Below, in pieces: positions 35,651-36,220 of a DNA stretch of 36,220 nt. The stretch covers positions 1 through 36,220 of the forward strand of contig JAVYSI010000001.1 of assembly GCA_038729265.1 (NCBI GenBank). The letters run 5' to 3'. The translations under genes were made by a program, and so were the position numbers. This DNA is from Methanothrix sp. Lineage in GTDB: Archaea > Micrarchaeota > Micrarchaeia > Micrarchaeales > Micrarchaeaceae. A model generated the notes under the pieces. That model ran no database searches and was not told the origin of the DNA. It worked only from the letters and a program-made list of their open reading frames with translations. Within the stretch, counting starts at the first letter, position 1. The number at the start of each line of letters is the position of its first letter.

Positions 35651-36220
35651 CTAATCATCTTCCTTCTTTTCAGGAGTGCCGTCGAGCCCAAATATATTCT
35701 TTTCAAGTACTGCGCGCGTCTTTTGCGTCGGATAGAGCAGCTTTATCAGTTTCGTATGGCCCCTTATTCCTTTGCTGGAATCGAATGAGGCTATCAACCC
35801 CTGCATCTCAAGCTCCGATATATAGTTCCTGTACCATCTCTCGCTTTTAGGCACCCTCCTAAGCCCCTCTGCTATGGATTTGTACCTGTTGTAGACTTCG
35901 CCGCTGAAAAGATAAGTATCTATGCCGTCGGTAAGCTTTTTGTATGAGCCGCCGCTCTGCGCGAGCAGGACTATGGAGTAGAGCACCAGTTTCTGGTGCT
36001 CTGGAAGCGACGATATAAGTTCATAGACTATTTCGCTCTCTGCCATCTTTATCGCTTCTTCAGCCTCTGCCATCGATATCTTGTCCTTACCACGCTCCTC
36101 GGCCAGCTCCCCTGATTTTGAAAGTATCTTGAGCGATAGCCTTGCGTCTCCGCCCTCTTTTGCCGCAGATGCGGCTATAAAATGCAATATGTCATCGTCG
36201 ATTACTCCCTTCTTGAAGCC
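35651..36220 (-). CDS. cdc6: Orc1/Cdc6 replication initiator, 5'-partial (lid plus winged helix)
   Basis: EGGDARL sensor II, SGELAE, LPEHQKLVL, SGEVY, ISELEMQGLI and GIRGHT. Frame stays open to the window edge. Confidence 0.92.
   Translation of the reverse strand, partial: GFKKGVIDDDILHFIAASAAKEGGDARLSLKILSKSGELAEERGKDKISMAEAEEAIKMAESEIVYELISSLPEHQKLVLYSIVLLAQSGGSYKKLTDGIDTYLFSGEVYNRYKSIAEGLRRVPKSERWYRNYISELEMQGLIASFDSSKGIRGHTKLIKLLYPTQKTRAVLEKNIFGLDGTPEKKEDD

Noticed and set aside
1-36220. Numerous 60-225 aa ORFs antisense to or nested in recognised genes
   Set aside because: Shadow ORFs with no motifs or RBS, overlapping well-supported genes.

Overview
Very compact archaeal chromosomal segment with many abutting or overlapping genes. 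It is most consistent with a DPANN Micrarchaeota (ARMAN-like) genome; this is an inference from gene content, the T-loop tRNA intron and the DPANN-style pilin. Contents: a class III signal-peptide adhesin-like protein and two other surface glycoproteins, a nuoHIJKLMN block without nuoABCD, geranylgeranyl reductase, a single-repeat TBP, a GT4 glycosyltransferase, SRP54, DRG GTPase, intron-containing tRNA-Arg(UCU), TatD, a DUF929/CxC membrane pair, a V4R protein, SecY, HisRS, thioredoxin, a divergent histone, and the exosome/proteasome/RNase P superoperon preceded by a partial cdc6. Reading outside the ORF track gave rpl41e, rpoP, a 28-aa Lys/Ser microprotein with its own promoter, RBS and terminator, and a C/D box sRNA predicted to methylate C34 of tRNA-Leu(CAA). 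Two genes appear to start at ACG, exactly 5 nt after the GGTG Shine-Dalgarno motif. No mobile element or CRISPR array was seen. All family calls come from motif recognition, not database searches.
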